The notes below the pieces were generated by a model. The model had not been told where the DNA came from. It did not search any database and saw nothing but the letters and a program-made list of their open reading frames with translations. A program made the translations under genes and the position numbers. A stretch of DNA of 64,000 nucleotides, taken from positions 62,001 to 126,000 of the forward strand of contig CDRNVI010000055.1 of the NCBI GenBank assembly GCA_977017575.1, read 5' to 3'. This stretch comes from Paramoeba atlantica. Lineage: Eukaryota; Protista; Discosea. This document shows positions 10,807-21,814 of this stretch, piece by piece (position 1 is the stretch's first letter; each line of letters begins with the position of its first letter).

Positions 10807-11226
10807 TTACCCATCGGCAAAGACAATGCCTTGAGTCTCGAGAACTCGGCTTCTCTTCGCCTTTATCTCGGCAGCTCGTTCAGCGCGCTCTTTACTGAAA
10901 TAGCTCACATTCAGAAAGCGGTTACCAATTTTCATGTTGTGTAGGGTATCGACTGCTTGTTTTGCATCATAAATGTGAGCAAACAGCACGAATGTCGTTC
11001 CTTTAGTATGAGGTGTATTCCCCCTCCACACATTTTCGATTTCTCCACAGCGTCCAAATAACTCGTAGATTTGTTCCACCGTCACTGCACGGGGAAGTTG
11101 ACGTATGAAAAGCAGGCGGCATGCCTCGTTGGGTAACACGGGTGGGAGAGAGACGATAGACTGATACTCATCTGCTGCTTGTGAGGAACGAATGGCCGAG
11201 AAATTACTCCTGTCGGTAGAGTGCAT
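10807..11226 (-). CDS. SF3B6: Splicing factor 3b subunit p14 (RRM)
   Basis: LFIRQLP..VT.EQIYELFG..G.I....GNTPHTKGT.FV.F..IYDAKQA matches the p14 consensus. Confidence 0.9.
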   Translation of the reverse strand: MHSTDRSNFSAIRSSQAADEYQSIVSLPPVLPNEACRLLFIRQLPRAVTVEQIYELFGRCGEIENVWRGNTPHTKGTTFVLFAHIYDAKQAVDTLHNMKIGNRFLNVSYFSKERAERAAEIKAKRSRVLETQGIVFADG

Positions 11227-11400
11227 AAAACGTTGAGAAGTAAAAATAAGAAATTCGAATGACTACTACCCTCGTTTAATAGTTGATGCGATCACTATTC
11301 CAACAATACGATACACATTAAAACTCAACTATAGCACATGTATACAGTATAACACTATAGCACATACATGCACATTAAAGCACAACTATAGCATCCTCTT

Positions 11401-12108
11401 TCAAATCGTAACCTTTGCAGGGGCCTTTTCTGGAAGCATGTCTTGAAACTCATTGTTGGACGCATCTAACTGCTCGAAATGAATCGGAAGGTCACGGACG
11501 TCCAGTATTCCACTAAAAGAATTTTCTGCAACGAGCAATACGTTCAGGTTATGTAGAAACCCGTGTAGATGAAGTTCTCCACTTAGTTTATTGGCTGAGA
11601 GGCTTAAGTAGTGCAGGGAAGCAGGAACCACACTCAGGTCCAAAGACCCACTTAAACCATTTCGTTCTAGTGATAGATACTCAAGAGGGATCTGTATATC
11701 GCCTAGTTGTACTCTTCCCTCAATAGAGTTGTTATCAAGACACAGAATGCGCAGACCGTCGGGGAGATCCCGGAGCTGCAGTTCTCCCGAAAAAGAGTTC
11801 ATCGGAGCTGATATTTCATGCACTTGAGCAGGGAAATCTTTCAACGTGATCGGGTGGAGGAGCACGTTGCCTCGCAGATGAAACGACCGCAAGGAAAGGG
11901 GGAGGGAATCCCAGTTCAGCTTGCCCAATAGACCGTAATCGAGCCACGTAATCTTAACCACCTCGTTGCTAGAGTCACAGATCACCCCTTTCCATGTACA
12001 CACGGAGACAGGGCGCCTTCCCAAGAGTTTGCGGGTAGAGACAACCCACGATTTATCCGGATTCGTGATATATTGAATAAATCGCGGTAGACACATCTCG
12101 GAAGACAT
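11401..12108 (-). CDS. Leucine-rich repeat protein
   Basis: CTWKGVICD N-cap followed by LxxLxLxxNxxxGxLxLxxLP repeats. Start MSSEM (12108) preferred over the upstream ATG. Confidence 0.75.
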   Translation of the reverse strand: MSSEMCLPRFIQYITNPDKSWVVSTRKLLGRRPVSVCTWKGVICDSSNEVVKITWLDYGLLGKLNWDSLPLSLRSFHLRGNVLLHPITLKDFPAQVHEISAPMNSFSGELQLRDLPDGLRILCLDNNSIEGRVQLGDIQIPLEYLSLERNGLSGSLDLSVVPASLHYLSLSANKLSGELHLHGFLHNLNVLLVAENSFSGILDVRDLPIHFEQLDASNNEFQDMLPEKAPAKVTI

Positions 12109-12632
12109 GGCAGTGCCCTTGACTTTATGTGTGCGAGATGGCTTATCAGCTTGATGCGTCCAACTCACGCTCAGAAGTAAAATCAAACTTTTGAACAAAA
12201 AGTACATCGGCATATAATCTAAAAAAATACGCACCGTTTCCAGAAAAAGGACAAGGTGAAGACTTATGCACTGCTCCTTCGTACAACAGTAGTAAGAAAT
12301 CCAAAGGCATTTTTTTCACGATATAAATTACACGTTACATGAATCCAACGTACACACAAATTCAGACGTATTTTTACAAATGATGGCATTTACCTCAAAA
12401 TGTGTTGAGTAAAAAAGATGTAATTTCGAATGAACACGCAGAACACTATCACACACACTTTTCCTAAAATTATAAAAGAACGAAGAATACACACCGCTAG
12501 ACTTTCATGTGAGATTACATACTGCTCTTGGCATACACCAAATCGGAGATAATTATCCGGAAATATCCCTCTACCACGCAAATGGTATTCCTCGAAATGC
12601 AGTCACACCATAGTGTTGTCACACTATTCCTC

Positions 12633-15600
12633 TCACCGTGAGCGATACTGACTGGTTTCATTCTTATTTCGGATGCCCTCCAATTTCCTCGTGACCGTTT
12701 CATTCGTGTGCGTCACTAAGTAGCAGTTCTTCCGTATCCTCACCGACTGGCCCAGGCACATAAACGTCCCGAGCCGTAGCGCGTCTTGCTCCACCTCCCT
12801 TGTATGGACCTGGATGTGTCCGCACCCCTCCAGCATGGAGGTCGGGCCTACTTTCGCCCCAATGGCCTCCCCGAGCGCTTTTGCGAGAATAAGCGGAATG
12901 TTTAGCTTTGCATTTCCTTTCGGTACCGGAATGGGCTCCACCAGTACCGCAGGAATACTACTCACCAGCTCCTCCTCACTGGCATGGGTCACCACTACCT
13001 TTGCGGAGACTGCCGAGCGCATATGGGAACTCGCTACGGCGTCCTGCATGCTCTGCTGTTTTCGTAGGCTGCTGTTCACATAGGGCCGCATTTCATTCCG
13101 GAAATCCGACAGGGTTCGAGCACTTCGAGAATCATTGATGGAACGGTGACTCGCGTCCTCTTCTCCTCCAAAAACATGATCGATGGCACGTTTCGCGGCT
13201 TCTGCAGCCTCGTGACTATCCCGGGTTTCACTCGAGGCTTCTTTATGGTTTGCAGGACGCGGGACGAAATTAACCGTTTGGGTTTCCCCATGTCGCATCA
13301 ATCCTTCCGAAGAAGAAGCTAAAGTCCCATTCCTCATGTTCGAAGGCTCCGATTGGATAATCCCCTCCTGCTGCAGCCGCGTGAGATAGTCGCGTTTCTT
13401 TGAGGCCTTCTGGCCCTCACTGCGGGCCTGTGTCCCGGCAGAATCCGATCGTTGCGTCATGGAGAGCAGAAGCCGACTGGTGTCGTATGGGTTATGGGCC
13501 ATAGGAATGGAGGGGCAGGCGTGGAGTAAACTGGACTCATAAAAACGATGGAGCTCGTTTGAGGGGGTGAGGAACTCGAGCAGATTTCGCACCTCTTTGA
13601 GAATTTCAGGAGGGCTCTCAAGCGCGGAGAGTTGCTGGATTTTGGACTCCAGGTGACGTTGTTTCGTGGCGGTAATGAGGGAAACAACGCGGTCCAGGAC
13701 GCTTCGTTGGAGCACACTTCGAGGAGGCTCGGGGCGGTCTGCGGTGAACGTATCGGATGCCATAGTGTTTTTTGACAAGGAAGTGTTGCACAGGGGCGCT
13801 TTGTACGCAGTCGAGGTCAGCCATGTGTGTTGCTCCTGTTCTTTGTCTTCCATAGGTTCGTCCGAGCTGTCTTTGGATAAGGTCCATACCAGGGCTTGCA
13901 TAATTTCATCGGATGCCTTGAGAGGAGAGCTACTGAACACATGTTTTAAATGTTTACGAAGAACCATAAAGTGGGGCACTGTAATGTCACCATCACCTAC
14001 AAACAAGAGTCCCTTATCGACTAAAACAGAGCTTAGTGTGGTGTTCATTGGCAGCTTGTCATCATAGGTAAAGGTTTTTCCCGGTCGACGTACAGAGGTG
14101 ATGCGCCATGCGTCTTCTGGGCCCTGTGACTCTTCATTGGTCTCCAATATGGAGGGATGAAACCATTTGCGAGTCAGAGGCGGGTACCAACCCCTGGTGA
14201 GCGTACCGGTTCGAGACTTCACAGAGGAATGGCTCTGTTTCCCAGGCGTTGGCTTGTTTTGTGATGAAGAGTGGTACGGGGTTTCCACAATACATTCTTT
14301 GGCAATAAGAAGCAGAGGAAGCGTTGACAATTCACAGCAGTCAAAGTATTTGGACGGTACAAAGTCGGTAGTGGGAAAGGCGGTGCAAAGATACATGGTG
14401 CCTCCTATTTGAATTCTGGAAGTGTAACAAAAAATAGAATCGCCCCAAGAATATTTTGGCTTGATAGCAGGTAATGAAATGTTCTCTGACAGGGCTTTCA
14501 GCAGGGATTGTGTTGTCCCAACGAACGGAATTAGTTCCTTAATGCTTTCTTTCTTCTGAGACAAATTTTGATCCCGCTTCAGACTATTTATTAGTGGTAG
14601 GATCATGATTTCTTCGGGGGTAGTATTGCCCGTGTAAAATTTTGAGCGACGAAGACATATCTCTGGATAAGTTGCCCCCATTCGCACGAACTGATGAATA
14701 CAATCTAGCTCCTTGGCTCCGTCATCTGATAAGGAGTTTGTTTTCATGAGCAATAAATATTCCGCGAGGAAGGCTGCAGGAGAATAAAGCAGTTGGTTTC
14801 CTTCCTGGAAAGTGACCTGATAGGTCTTTTCCGGATACAATTTGGGAATACATTGACTCATAACGTCCGTAGGCTCCCAGTCATATTCAAGCAAAAGATC
14901 GGCTGCTGCTGCGAAAGCAGCGTCACTTGAACAAGAAAATGCTGTGCCTAACCCCAATAACTTTAGAGAGGATAATCCGGGCCCGAGGCAAAGAAATTTC
15001 CCGGTCATGACACCTAGTGGCGTAACTTCCCCTTTCAAGCCTATCAAGCCATTTAAATACAGGCGATGCTCGGTAGTCTTCGCACAGTACTCGAGTGCTG
15101 GTTGCGGGATTGCGATGCCAAACAGCACCATCTGCTCTGAAATATTCAACCGCATCAGATGTGCTATGAAAATTGGAAGCCCTAAATCAATTTCTGAGCT
15201 TTCTGGCAGCAATGAATACATGTTTTGGCTCGATGCCTCAGATCGATCCCCTGGAAAGCGAGCAAGAAAATTTTGACGCTCATGCCGTACATAACCTTTT
15301 TCAACGCCCTCAGTAACGAAACTCGAAACTTCAAATTTCTCAGCATTTTGACAGTAAAAGAAATCGCACCTGGGAATTAAGCTTGCTAGCACAACATTTT
15401 TCTCCAGGTCAAATACTGGATGGACGCGCTCCGGACGTTTTGAGTAATAGTACGTGTTCGTTGAGGCGTCATAGTCTGGGCCCACGTTTGGGGCACATCC
15501 GTCAGACACAACCAGGACACTTTTAAAAGGTGAGTCTTCGTATTCATTCAAAATAATCGAAGCCGTGCGCGTGTCCAAAGGAAACCGCGCCAGAGCGAAT

Positions 15601-16814
15601 GATCGCATCAGTTTGTTTGATGGAGACTCGTTCTCCTGAAATTTTTTAGTAAAAAGATCGAACCCGAGCTCTCCTGGCAGATAGTGTCTCTGTGTGTAGT
15701 CTTCCAAGTCACAGCTCTTCCAAACAGCAGCGAAATGTTTTAACAGTAAGTTGCGAAATTGGCTGACACTTTCGACGAGCAGTAAGCAAGGCAGGGGAAT
15801 ATTGGAGCCGACTACTCCTGTTAAAGCATCGATCAACACGTTATGTTGTATTTCAGAAATACAAGAGATTTCGCTGCTCGGTGGTGAAGGGAGATATGGT
15901 GTCACGAAATTTGATGTCAGTTGGTCCGCAGGCTGCGCAAGCGAAAATGTCAAAGCCCGTAGCAAGTTTTCCTGCGACATGGGATCTACTTCCCCTTGCA
16001 GATAGCTCCGAAACCACGCCCGAGTGAGGGGTGCAACCGTAGAAGATGTACCAAACATAATCCGAGTCACTGCGTTGCGTGTTAAAAAGTGGCGAAGGAC
16101 CATTAACAGCGCAATCTCGTCCTGCAGCACTTGAAAAGTGGGGCAGGACCTCTCGCATGGACGGCTCCCCCAATTTGTCTCACAGTACGCTATGACATCC
16201 GTTATATCCTCCACAAACACAGAGAACCGTTCCATGCCTGTTTTTGACATTAAGAGATGAAGCATTGACCGGGGAGTGAGATAAATCACCTGGGAGGCTG
16301 CCGTTGTCCGTAGTTTTTCACTTTCCACCTGAAGAAACGGATTATACCACGTGATTAGACCGTCTTGCTCGCTACACGTCTCCGCTGCGGCCTGTTGCGC
16401 GGCTTTCTGGCACAGTAGGTCCGAGAGGCGCACCACGAACGTGCGTTCCCGGGAGAACTCCTCGAGCTCTACCCAGGCTTGAGGGATTTGTACCGCGGCG
16501 CCTACACGCATGGGGTCCGGATAGCATTCCAGAATAGCAACTTGTCTTCCTCGGAGAAATTGAATCGCCTCATGACGGGCTGAGTACGCTGCGAGATTTT
16601 GTTTTCGCGCGACGTATTTCATTTTGTTCATTACGTTGTGTTTTCGCCGACGTAATGCCGCCCGATCTTGTGGGACAAAGGGAGGGGGGAGGGTGGGGTC
16701 GAGGGGTTGTGGCTCGCGGGGTGGGGCTTTGGGAGTTGCGGAGAGAATGGAGTCCAAATGGGCGGCCTCGTCCTCGGAGACACGCAGGGAGAGGTCGATT
16801 TTGATTGGAGCCAT
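12633..16814 (-). CDS. Large protein with a degenerate DEAH/RHA-helicase-like N-terminal half
   Basis: About 1390-aa ORF on the cluster strand; VQIPQ and VIYLTPRSML resemble DEAH motifs I/Ib but GxGKT and DEAH are absent. CDS status is secure, the product is tentative. Confidence 0.6.
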   Translation of the reverse strand: MAPIKIDLSLRVSEDEAAHLDSILSATPKAPPREPQPLDPTLPPPFVPQDRAALRRRKHNVMNKMKYVARKQNLAAYSARHEAIQFLRGRQVAILECYPDPMRVGAAVQIPQAWVELEEFSRERTFVVRLSDLLCQKAAQQAAAETCSEQDGLITWYNPFLQVESEKLRTTAASQVIYLTPRSMLHLLMSKTGMERFSVFVEDITDVIAYCETNWGSRPCERSCPTFQVLQDEIALLMVLRHFLTRNAVTRIMFGTSSTVAPLTRAWFRSYLQGEVDPMSQENLLRALTFSLAQPADQLTSNFVTPYLPSPPSSEISCISEIQHNVLIDALTGVVGSNIPLPCLLLVESVSQFRNLLLKHFAAVWKSCDLEDYTQRHYLPGELGFDLFTKKFQENESPSNKLMRSFALARFPLDTRTASIILNEYEDSPFKSVLVVSDGCAPNVGPDYDASTNTYYYSKRPERVHPVFDLEKNVVLASLIPRCDFFYCQNAEKFEVSSFVTEGVEKGYVRHERQNFLARFPGDRSEASSQNMYSLLPESSEIDLGLPIFIAHLMRLNISEQMVLFGIAIPQPALEYCAKTTEHRLYLNGLIGLKGEVTPLGVMTGKFLCLGPGLSSLKLLGLGTAFSCSSDAAFAAAADLLLEYDWEPTDVMSQCIPKLYPEKTYQVTFQEGNQLLYSPAAFLAEYLLLMKTNSLSDDGAKELDCIHQFVRMGATYPEICLRRSKFYTGNTTPEEIMILPLINSLKRDQNLSQKKESIKELIPFVGTTQSLLKALSENISLPAIKPKYSWGDSIFCYTSRIQIGGTMYLCTAFPTTDFVPSKYFDCCELSTLPLLLIAKECIVETPYHSSSQNKPTPGKQSHSSVKSRTGTLTRGWYPPLTRKWFHPSILETNEESQGPEDAWRITSVRRPGKTFTYDDKLPMNTTLSSVLVDKGLLFVGDGDITVPHFMVLRKHLKHVFSSSPLKASDEIMQALVWTLSKDSSDEPMEDKEQEQHTWLTSTAYKAPLCNTSLSKNTMASDTFTADRPEPPRSVLQRSVLDRVVSLITATKQRHLESKIQQLSALESPPEILKEVRNLLEFLTPSNELHRFYESSLLHACPSIPMAHNPYDTSRLLLSMTQRSDSAGTQARSEGQKASKKRDYLTRLQQEGIIQSEPSNMRNGTLASSSEGLMRHGETQTVNFVPRPANHKEASSETRDSHEAAEAAKRAIDHVFGGEEDASHRSINDSRSARTLSDFRNEMRPYVNSSLRKQQSMQDAVASSHMRSAVSAKVVVTHASEEELVSSIPAVLVEPIPVPKGNAKLNIPLILAKALGEAIGAKVGPTSMLEGCGHIQVHTREVEQDALRLGTFMCLGQSVRIRKNCYLVTHTNETVTRKLEGIRNKNETSQYRSR

Positions 16815-17045
16815 GGGATGCAAAAAGGGAATGCGAAAAAATGAGAAATATGTAAAAATAAATTGCACGAATGAGTATTCATGAAATATTTTGTGCAGTG
16901 GCAATCAAGATACACGTATGCATCCATTCAGCTTATTTTATAGCTTTTTTACAGAACAATACCTTCTTTAATTTATTCCTACAATTTTACCGTTTTCTTG
17001 TGACTTCCATTTCCACTTTTGCTCTTTACCACCGCAACTCCCTTC

Positions 17046-17690
17046 TCACGCACTACCAAACTTTCGCAGCAGCGCCACGTCCTCCGCGGACATGGCCTTC
17101 TGCGCTGCCGCCTCCCGTTCCTTCTGGGAGCGCTCCTTCGTCATGCGATCCGCAAACCACTCGGTGGAGGCCGCAATACGCTTGTTCTCGTATTTCTCGA
17201 CCACGCTTCGGTGATTCCATCCCACTTCCTTACAAACGTTTCCCAATTTCGTATATTTCCGGTGCGGGGCGTAGCGCGTGGGTCGCAGACACCCAGGGGC
17301 ACAGACCCGGCGTCCCTCGGTCAAAAGAAACTTGGGAATGCCCTCAAACACCTTCAGGCGGCTCAGGGCCTCCTGCCCTCGCTTATCCTTGGGGAGCATG
17401 CCGCGAACCACACGACGAAACATCATGCGGGGGGAGCGAAAATGAAACGGACCCTTCTTCGGGTTTGTCAAATGTTTTTTACGTAAAAAGTCCAGGAATT
17501 TCTTTTTATTTCGGAGCTCTGGCCCCGCAAGGTTGAGCTGTTCAGTTCGTGTGGCCGTGATGGTGTGACCCTCGAGGAGAGCTTTTGCAATCACCGCGGC
17601 AGTGCGCCCCACGAGGTGCTCTTTCAGGTCAATGACGGTGCCGTAGGTGACGGGACGGGTGGAGCGGTTAAGATCGCGTTTCTTGACCAT
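17046..17690 (-). CDS. RPL13A: 60S ribosomal protein L13a (uL13)
   Basis: IDLKEHLVGR, EQLNLAG, NPKKGPFHFRSP, LKVFEGIP; start at ATG 17690. Confidence 0.95.
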   Translation of the reverse strand: MVKKRDLNRSTRPVTYGTVIDLKEHLVGRTAAVIAKALLEGHTITATRTEQLNLAGPELRNKKKFLDFLRKKHLTNPKKGPFHFRSPRMMFRRVVRGMLPKDKRGQEALSRLKVFEGIPKFLLTEGRRVCAPGCLRPTRYAPHRKYTKLGNVCKEVGWNHRSVVEKYENKRIAASTEWFADRMTKERSQKEREAAAQKAMSAEDVALLRKFGSA

Positions 17691-17879
17691 GGAAAAAACG
17701 ATAGAGGGATAATAATAATAAAAATCTAGGGGAGGTTTGTGTTGAGGTTTAAGGAAAGTGATACGCTGGAAAAATATGTAACATAACGCAGAAATAAGAG
17801 TACAGCTTCTACAAAACAATCTGAGCTGCTATGTTTTCGAACAACTTTGTGGGATACGCCACATCTTGATATCAAAAAT

Positions 17880-19040
17880 TTAAAAATCCGCGTCAGCAGC
17901 ATGAAAAGCCTCACGCGTGACGCTGCCCACATTTTTTGGATTGAAACATTCCTCATTCGTGAGATACATGGTAATCAGATCCGGGGGGACGTATTCCACG
18001 CTGGGACACACCACCTGACATAACTCATTGGGATGAATTGCCCCTAGCACCCCATTTTGAGGAAGAACGGTGGCCGGATTCTGGCTTTTAAACGGATACT
18101 CCCCCAGTTCCGATCCCTTAATCATTCGATTCCTATTCGAAGGGTGTGGAAAGTGAGGCACAAAACACTCCACGGGGGCGATCACAACAACTGGTTTTTG
18201 AAAATGACGTGCGCATAACGCCATCGGGTAGCTTCCGGCGTTCGCCATCATACCCCCATTGGCCAACACAAGACGAGCCTCGATGAGCACTTGAGTCACT
18301 CTGGTCATGAAAGAATACAGGGAACTGTCTCCGAGGACTTCGGTTGTGATCCCTTTTTTGCGTAGTCGCTCGGGATTGAGATCGCTGGAGGCACAGCTCT
18401 CCGGGAGAGTCACCGAGAACGTTTTCTGAGATGCAGATTTGGTGAGCATTTGCTCCATAACGGGTGAGTGGCCTGACACAAGGAGTCGGTCGCCTTCCCG
18501 GATGCTTTGGACGAATTGTTCACGGAGACCGTCCGGGGTATGAACGATTTCTTGAATGTATTCTGTAATCCCGCAGAGAACATCTTCCTGGATCGTATCC
18601 CATGATACGTCGAAAAGAGGGTGGATCATGTCATGGCTGGGGGATAAGACTGGTTCGTTTTCATTTTCCAGTGTCTTCTCATTTAGATTTGTTTCTTTTT
18701 TTTCCACTTTTTCTTGCTGTTCGTGAAGTTCTTCACGAATAACTGCGAGTACACGTCGAAAAACGTTGGAGAGTAAAGGGCCATGTGTTGTGATGCGAGA
18801 AAATAACTTCCCATATTGACGCAAAATATCAATAAGTTTCCGAGTAGAACACTCCGACGGTTGAGCTGCCAGAACGGACCTGAGGGATTCCGTTGTTAGT
18901 TTCATGTAAGATAAGGTTGATAGAGGTTTGGTGTGGGTGAAGTAGTGCCCATAGACAACCTTCTCTCGTAATTCTTCAAGTGGTTCGAAGCCTGGTATAA
19001 CTTTCATTGCGCCATCTTTTACAGAGGTATCAGTCGTCAT
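17880..19040 (-). CDS. EIF2B2: Translation initiation factor eIF2B regulatory subunit, beta-like
   Basis: IF-2B family motifs LLSNVFRRVL..IREE, VLANGG....GSYPMALCARHFQKPVVV, EYVPPDLITMYLTN. Confidence 0.8.
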   Translation of the reverse strand: MTTDTSVKDGAMKVIPGFEPLEELREKVVYGHYFTHTKPLSTLSYMKLTTESLRSVLAAQPSECSTRKLIDILRQYGKLFSRITTHGPLLSNVFRRVLAVIREELHEQQEKVEKKETNLNEKTLENENEPVLSPSHDMIHPLFDVSWDTIQEDVLCGITEYIQEIVHTPDGLREQFVQSIREGDRLLVSGHSPVMEQMLTKSASQKTFSVTLPESCASSDLNPERLRKKGITTEVLGDSSLYSFMTRVTQVLIEARLVLANGGMMANAGSYPMALCARHFQKPVVVIAPVECFVPHFPHPSNRNRMIKGSELGEYPFKSQNPATVLPQNGVLGAIHPNELCQVVCPSVEYVPPDLITMYLTNEECFNPKNVGSVTREAFHAADADF

Positions 19041-19260
19041 GATTCTTTTGAAACAGGTTTAAGCAAAGTCGCAAATCATGGGAATAGCATCTTAGTAGGC
19101 CATGTAACAAGTAGCTAGTATACAAATAAGAGAACCAATGCACCGTTAACAAAAGTTTCTGCCACATATCAACTAAAAGGAGTGAAATGAAACAATACTT
19201 GAACTAGAATCTGTATTTTGGCATACTATGTACAAAACATTTCACAGAACCAGCCCCCAT

Positions 19261-20910
19261 CTAAACCTTTTGAGGACCAAGAATCGATTCTATCTCACTC
19301 GCATCGAGCTCTTTTTTCTTAACGAGCTCCTCTGTGATGGCCTGCAGCTCCTTTTTTCTGGGACGCAAAAGGCTAAGTGTGATCTCCTGTGCCTTGTGCA
19401 GCAGCTCATTCGCCTTCTGTTCCGCCACGTTTTGGCTCTGCTCACTAAAACTCACAAACGCCTGCCCGCGGCCAATCTCGTCCGGCGAATGCGACAGCCG
19501 TCCCACCCCTTTATCAAACCCAAATGTCAGCACGTGGTTCAAACACACCTTTGTGGCCTTTTGTAAATCATCGACGGCTCCGGTACTGATTTGCGCATCA
19601 TACATCAGCGTCTCCGCGACCCTCCCTCCCAACAACACACAGACCTCGTGAAATAACTTCACATCGGTGTCATACTCATACGCCTCCGCGCCTTTTCGTT
19701 GGGTATACCCCAACACGGAACCACGAGGGCGGACACTCACCTTTAGCACCTCCCCTCGTCGCTGTTGGGACAACGGCAGCAGCCACGCGGTCATCGCATG
19801 GCCACACTCGTGACAGGCCGTGCGGGTCGTCCCATCCACCCCGACCCGGGAGCGTGACAGTTGTTTCCCAATCGTGACATCCTCAATCGCGTCACGTAGG
19901 CATTTCGGGGTCACCGCCGGGAGTCCTTTTAGCGAGGCGCCCAACGCTGCCTCATTGACAATGGTGGCAATGGTGGCCGGGGAGAGCCCGGGGGTGAGAT
20001 CTGCGAGTTGTGTTGCGACCTCCTCCCCCTTACATTCCGGAGAGAGCGTCACACGCCCGAGGTAAAACTGAAATAACTCCTTTCGCGCTCCCTTATCTGG
20101 CATTTCAATATCCACTTTACGATCGAATCGGCCCTCTCGTAGTAACGCCGGGTCAATGCTGTCTTTCAAATTTGTCGCGGCGAAGACCACAATGCGATCC
20201 GTGTTGCCGTGGGCCAATCCGTCGAGCTCCGAGAGCAGCTGGTTCACCGTTCGATTCTCCTCACTGGAGACCCCCCCGGGTCCTCCTCCTCGGTTCGCGT
20301 GCCGGCTCCCGATGGCATCGATTTCATCTATAAAAACAACCGACGGCATGGACTTCCGAGCCTCTTCGAAAAGTTCGCGGACTCTTTTCGGTCCACTGCC
20401 GCCATAGATTTCCACAAAATCGCTGCCATTACAGGAGAAAAACGGAACCTTGGCTTCTCCCGCCACCGCCTTGGCCAATAAAGTCTTTCCGGTGCCCGGC
20501 TCCCCGGTGAGTAGACACCCCCGAGGCATGCGCGCCCCCAGCCTTGTGAATTTCCCGCTGTCTTTTAAAAACTCAAGGTACTGCTGTATTTCCCGTTTCG
20601 CTTCCGGGATGCCAATGACACTATCAAAGGAGGTCCCTTTGAGGTCGACTCTAAAGTTGCGTGGCGCCACCGGGGAGAACAGATCCATCATGCCGCCGCT
20701 CCCCCCACCCCCGGGGCGGGAGACTTTGCTCATCCGACGAAATAAGGCAAACGACAGCGCCGCGGGGATCCCGACCCAGAGGAGCGGGCCAAAGGTGTTT
20801 CGCAGGAAATTAGGCTGCGAACGTTCGTAGTGCTGCTGGGCGTCACGGCGTCCACGCTCGTAGGGGTCCTCGTAGGAGGGGGGGAGGGGGGAAGGGGGGG
20901 AGGAGAACAT
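19261..20910 (-). CDS. FtsH: FtsH-family AAA+ zinc metalloprotease (mitochondrial, m-AAA-like)
   Basis: One hydrophobic segment, Walker A GEPGTGKT, Walker [33 protein letters not shown]. Confidence 0.95.
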   Translation of the reverse strand: MFSSPPSPLPPSYEDPYERGRRDAQQHYERSQPNFLRNTFGPLLWVGIPAALSFALFRRMSKVSRPGGGGSGGMMDLFSPVAPRNFRVDLKGTSFDSVIGIPEAKREIQQYLEFLKDSGKFTRLGARMPRGCLLTGEPGTGKTLLAKAVAGEAKVPFFSCNGSDFVEIYGGSGPKRVRELFEEARKSMPSVVFIDEIDAIGSRHANRGGGPGGVSSEENRTVNQLLSELDGLAHGNTDRIVVFAATNLKDSIDPALLREGRFDRKVDIEMPDKGARKELFQFYLGRVTLSPECKGEEVATQLADLTPGLSPATIATIVNEAALGASLKGLPAVTPKCLRDAIEDVTIGKQLSRSRVGVDGTTRTACHECGHAMTAWLLPLSQQRRGEVLKVSVRPRGSVLGYTQRKGAEAYEYDTDVKLFHEVCVLLGGRVAETLMYDAQISTGAVDDLQKATKVCLNHVLTFGFDKGVGRLSHSPDEIGRGQAFVSFSEQSQNVAEQKANELLHKAQEITLSLLRPRKKELQAITEELVKKKELDASEIESILGPQKV

Positions 20911-21168
20911 GGAGAGAGGGAGGGAGTGGGGGAAAGAGAGTTAGATCTTGTGAACAAGAAATAAAGAATAAGTAAGGTTCAAGTCAAAAAATTGATCCCA
21001 ATACGTGCATATGGAAAAAAGAAAAGAAAGTTTGAGAAAATAATATTTATCTAGACATTTTCAATGCTCTTACCTCCGCTTTCTGTTTCAATATGGAGAA
21101 ATGTTACCCACATCGACTCCACCTCCCACAATATCATCTTCACTTTCCCCCATCTCTCCCTGCCGTGC

Positions 21169-21594
21169 TTAACGGTAGGACTTCGTAAACTTCGAACGTG
21201 CTCCGTGGCAGCCATACTTCTTCGGCTCCCGACGGCGTGGGTCAGCGACCAGCAGGCTGCGGTCAAAGTGCAGCAGCGCCTCCTTCACCTCCTGTTTCTC
21301 CAGCTCGCTGTGGTGTTTCTGGTAATACGCCACCAGGGCCTTGGAGATGGCCTGTCGCGTGGCATAGACCTGACTCACCTGACCCCCTCCACGGACGCGG
21401 ATGCGAATGTCAATGTCCCGGGCGCGGGCGGCCCCGATGATGTGAAGCGGCTCGAAGAGCTTTTGGCGCAGCGGGGCGGGTTGCACGAGGTGAAGCGGCT
21501 GGCCGTTGACACGAATCTGGCCGTGTCCGCGAAACGCGGTCGCACACGCCACGCTGGTCTTCTTTTTCCCAAAGGTTTGGACTTTATCGCTCAT
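21169..21594 (-). CDS. RPS16: 40S ribosomal protein S16 (uS9)
   Basis: VQTFGKKKTSVA, GGGQVSQVYATRQAISKALVAYY, DRSLLVADPRRREPKK, SYR C-terminus. Confidence 0.97.
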   Translation of the reverse strand: MSDKVQTFGKKKTSVACATAFRGHGQIRVNGQPLHLVQPAPLRQKLFEPLHIIGAARARDIDIRIRVRGGGQVSQVYATRQAISKALVAYYQKHHSELEKQEVKEALLHFDRSLLVADPRRREPKKYGCHGARSKFTKSYR

Positions 21595-21814
21595 TTATGG
21601 GAGGAAACGTGGAATAAATGAGAAAATAGAAAAAAGACTAAGGACAAAGGATTATACGTTGTGCAGTTCGCTTTAAGCACTTTATCGTACTTTATTGTAC
21701 TTTATTGTTTTTCTAGACAAACCCTATGTGCCGCTTTTATATCCAGACCCTCACCTAATATTCAAACCTACCCATTCTACCATGGCAGAGTACATTCCCC
21801 CCCTCCCTGCCCCC

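Noticed and set aside
21687-21707. Tandem GTACTTTATTG, identical to the 3' end of trypanosomatid SLs
   Set aside because: Antisense to the flanking genes, in AT-rich intergenic DNA, lacks the upstream TTTCT and differs from the SL variant seen elsewhere in the window; probably chance.
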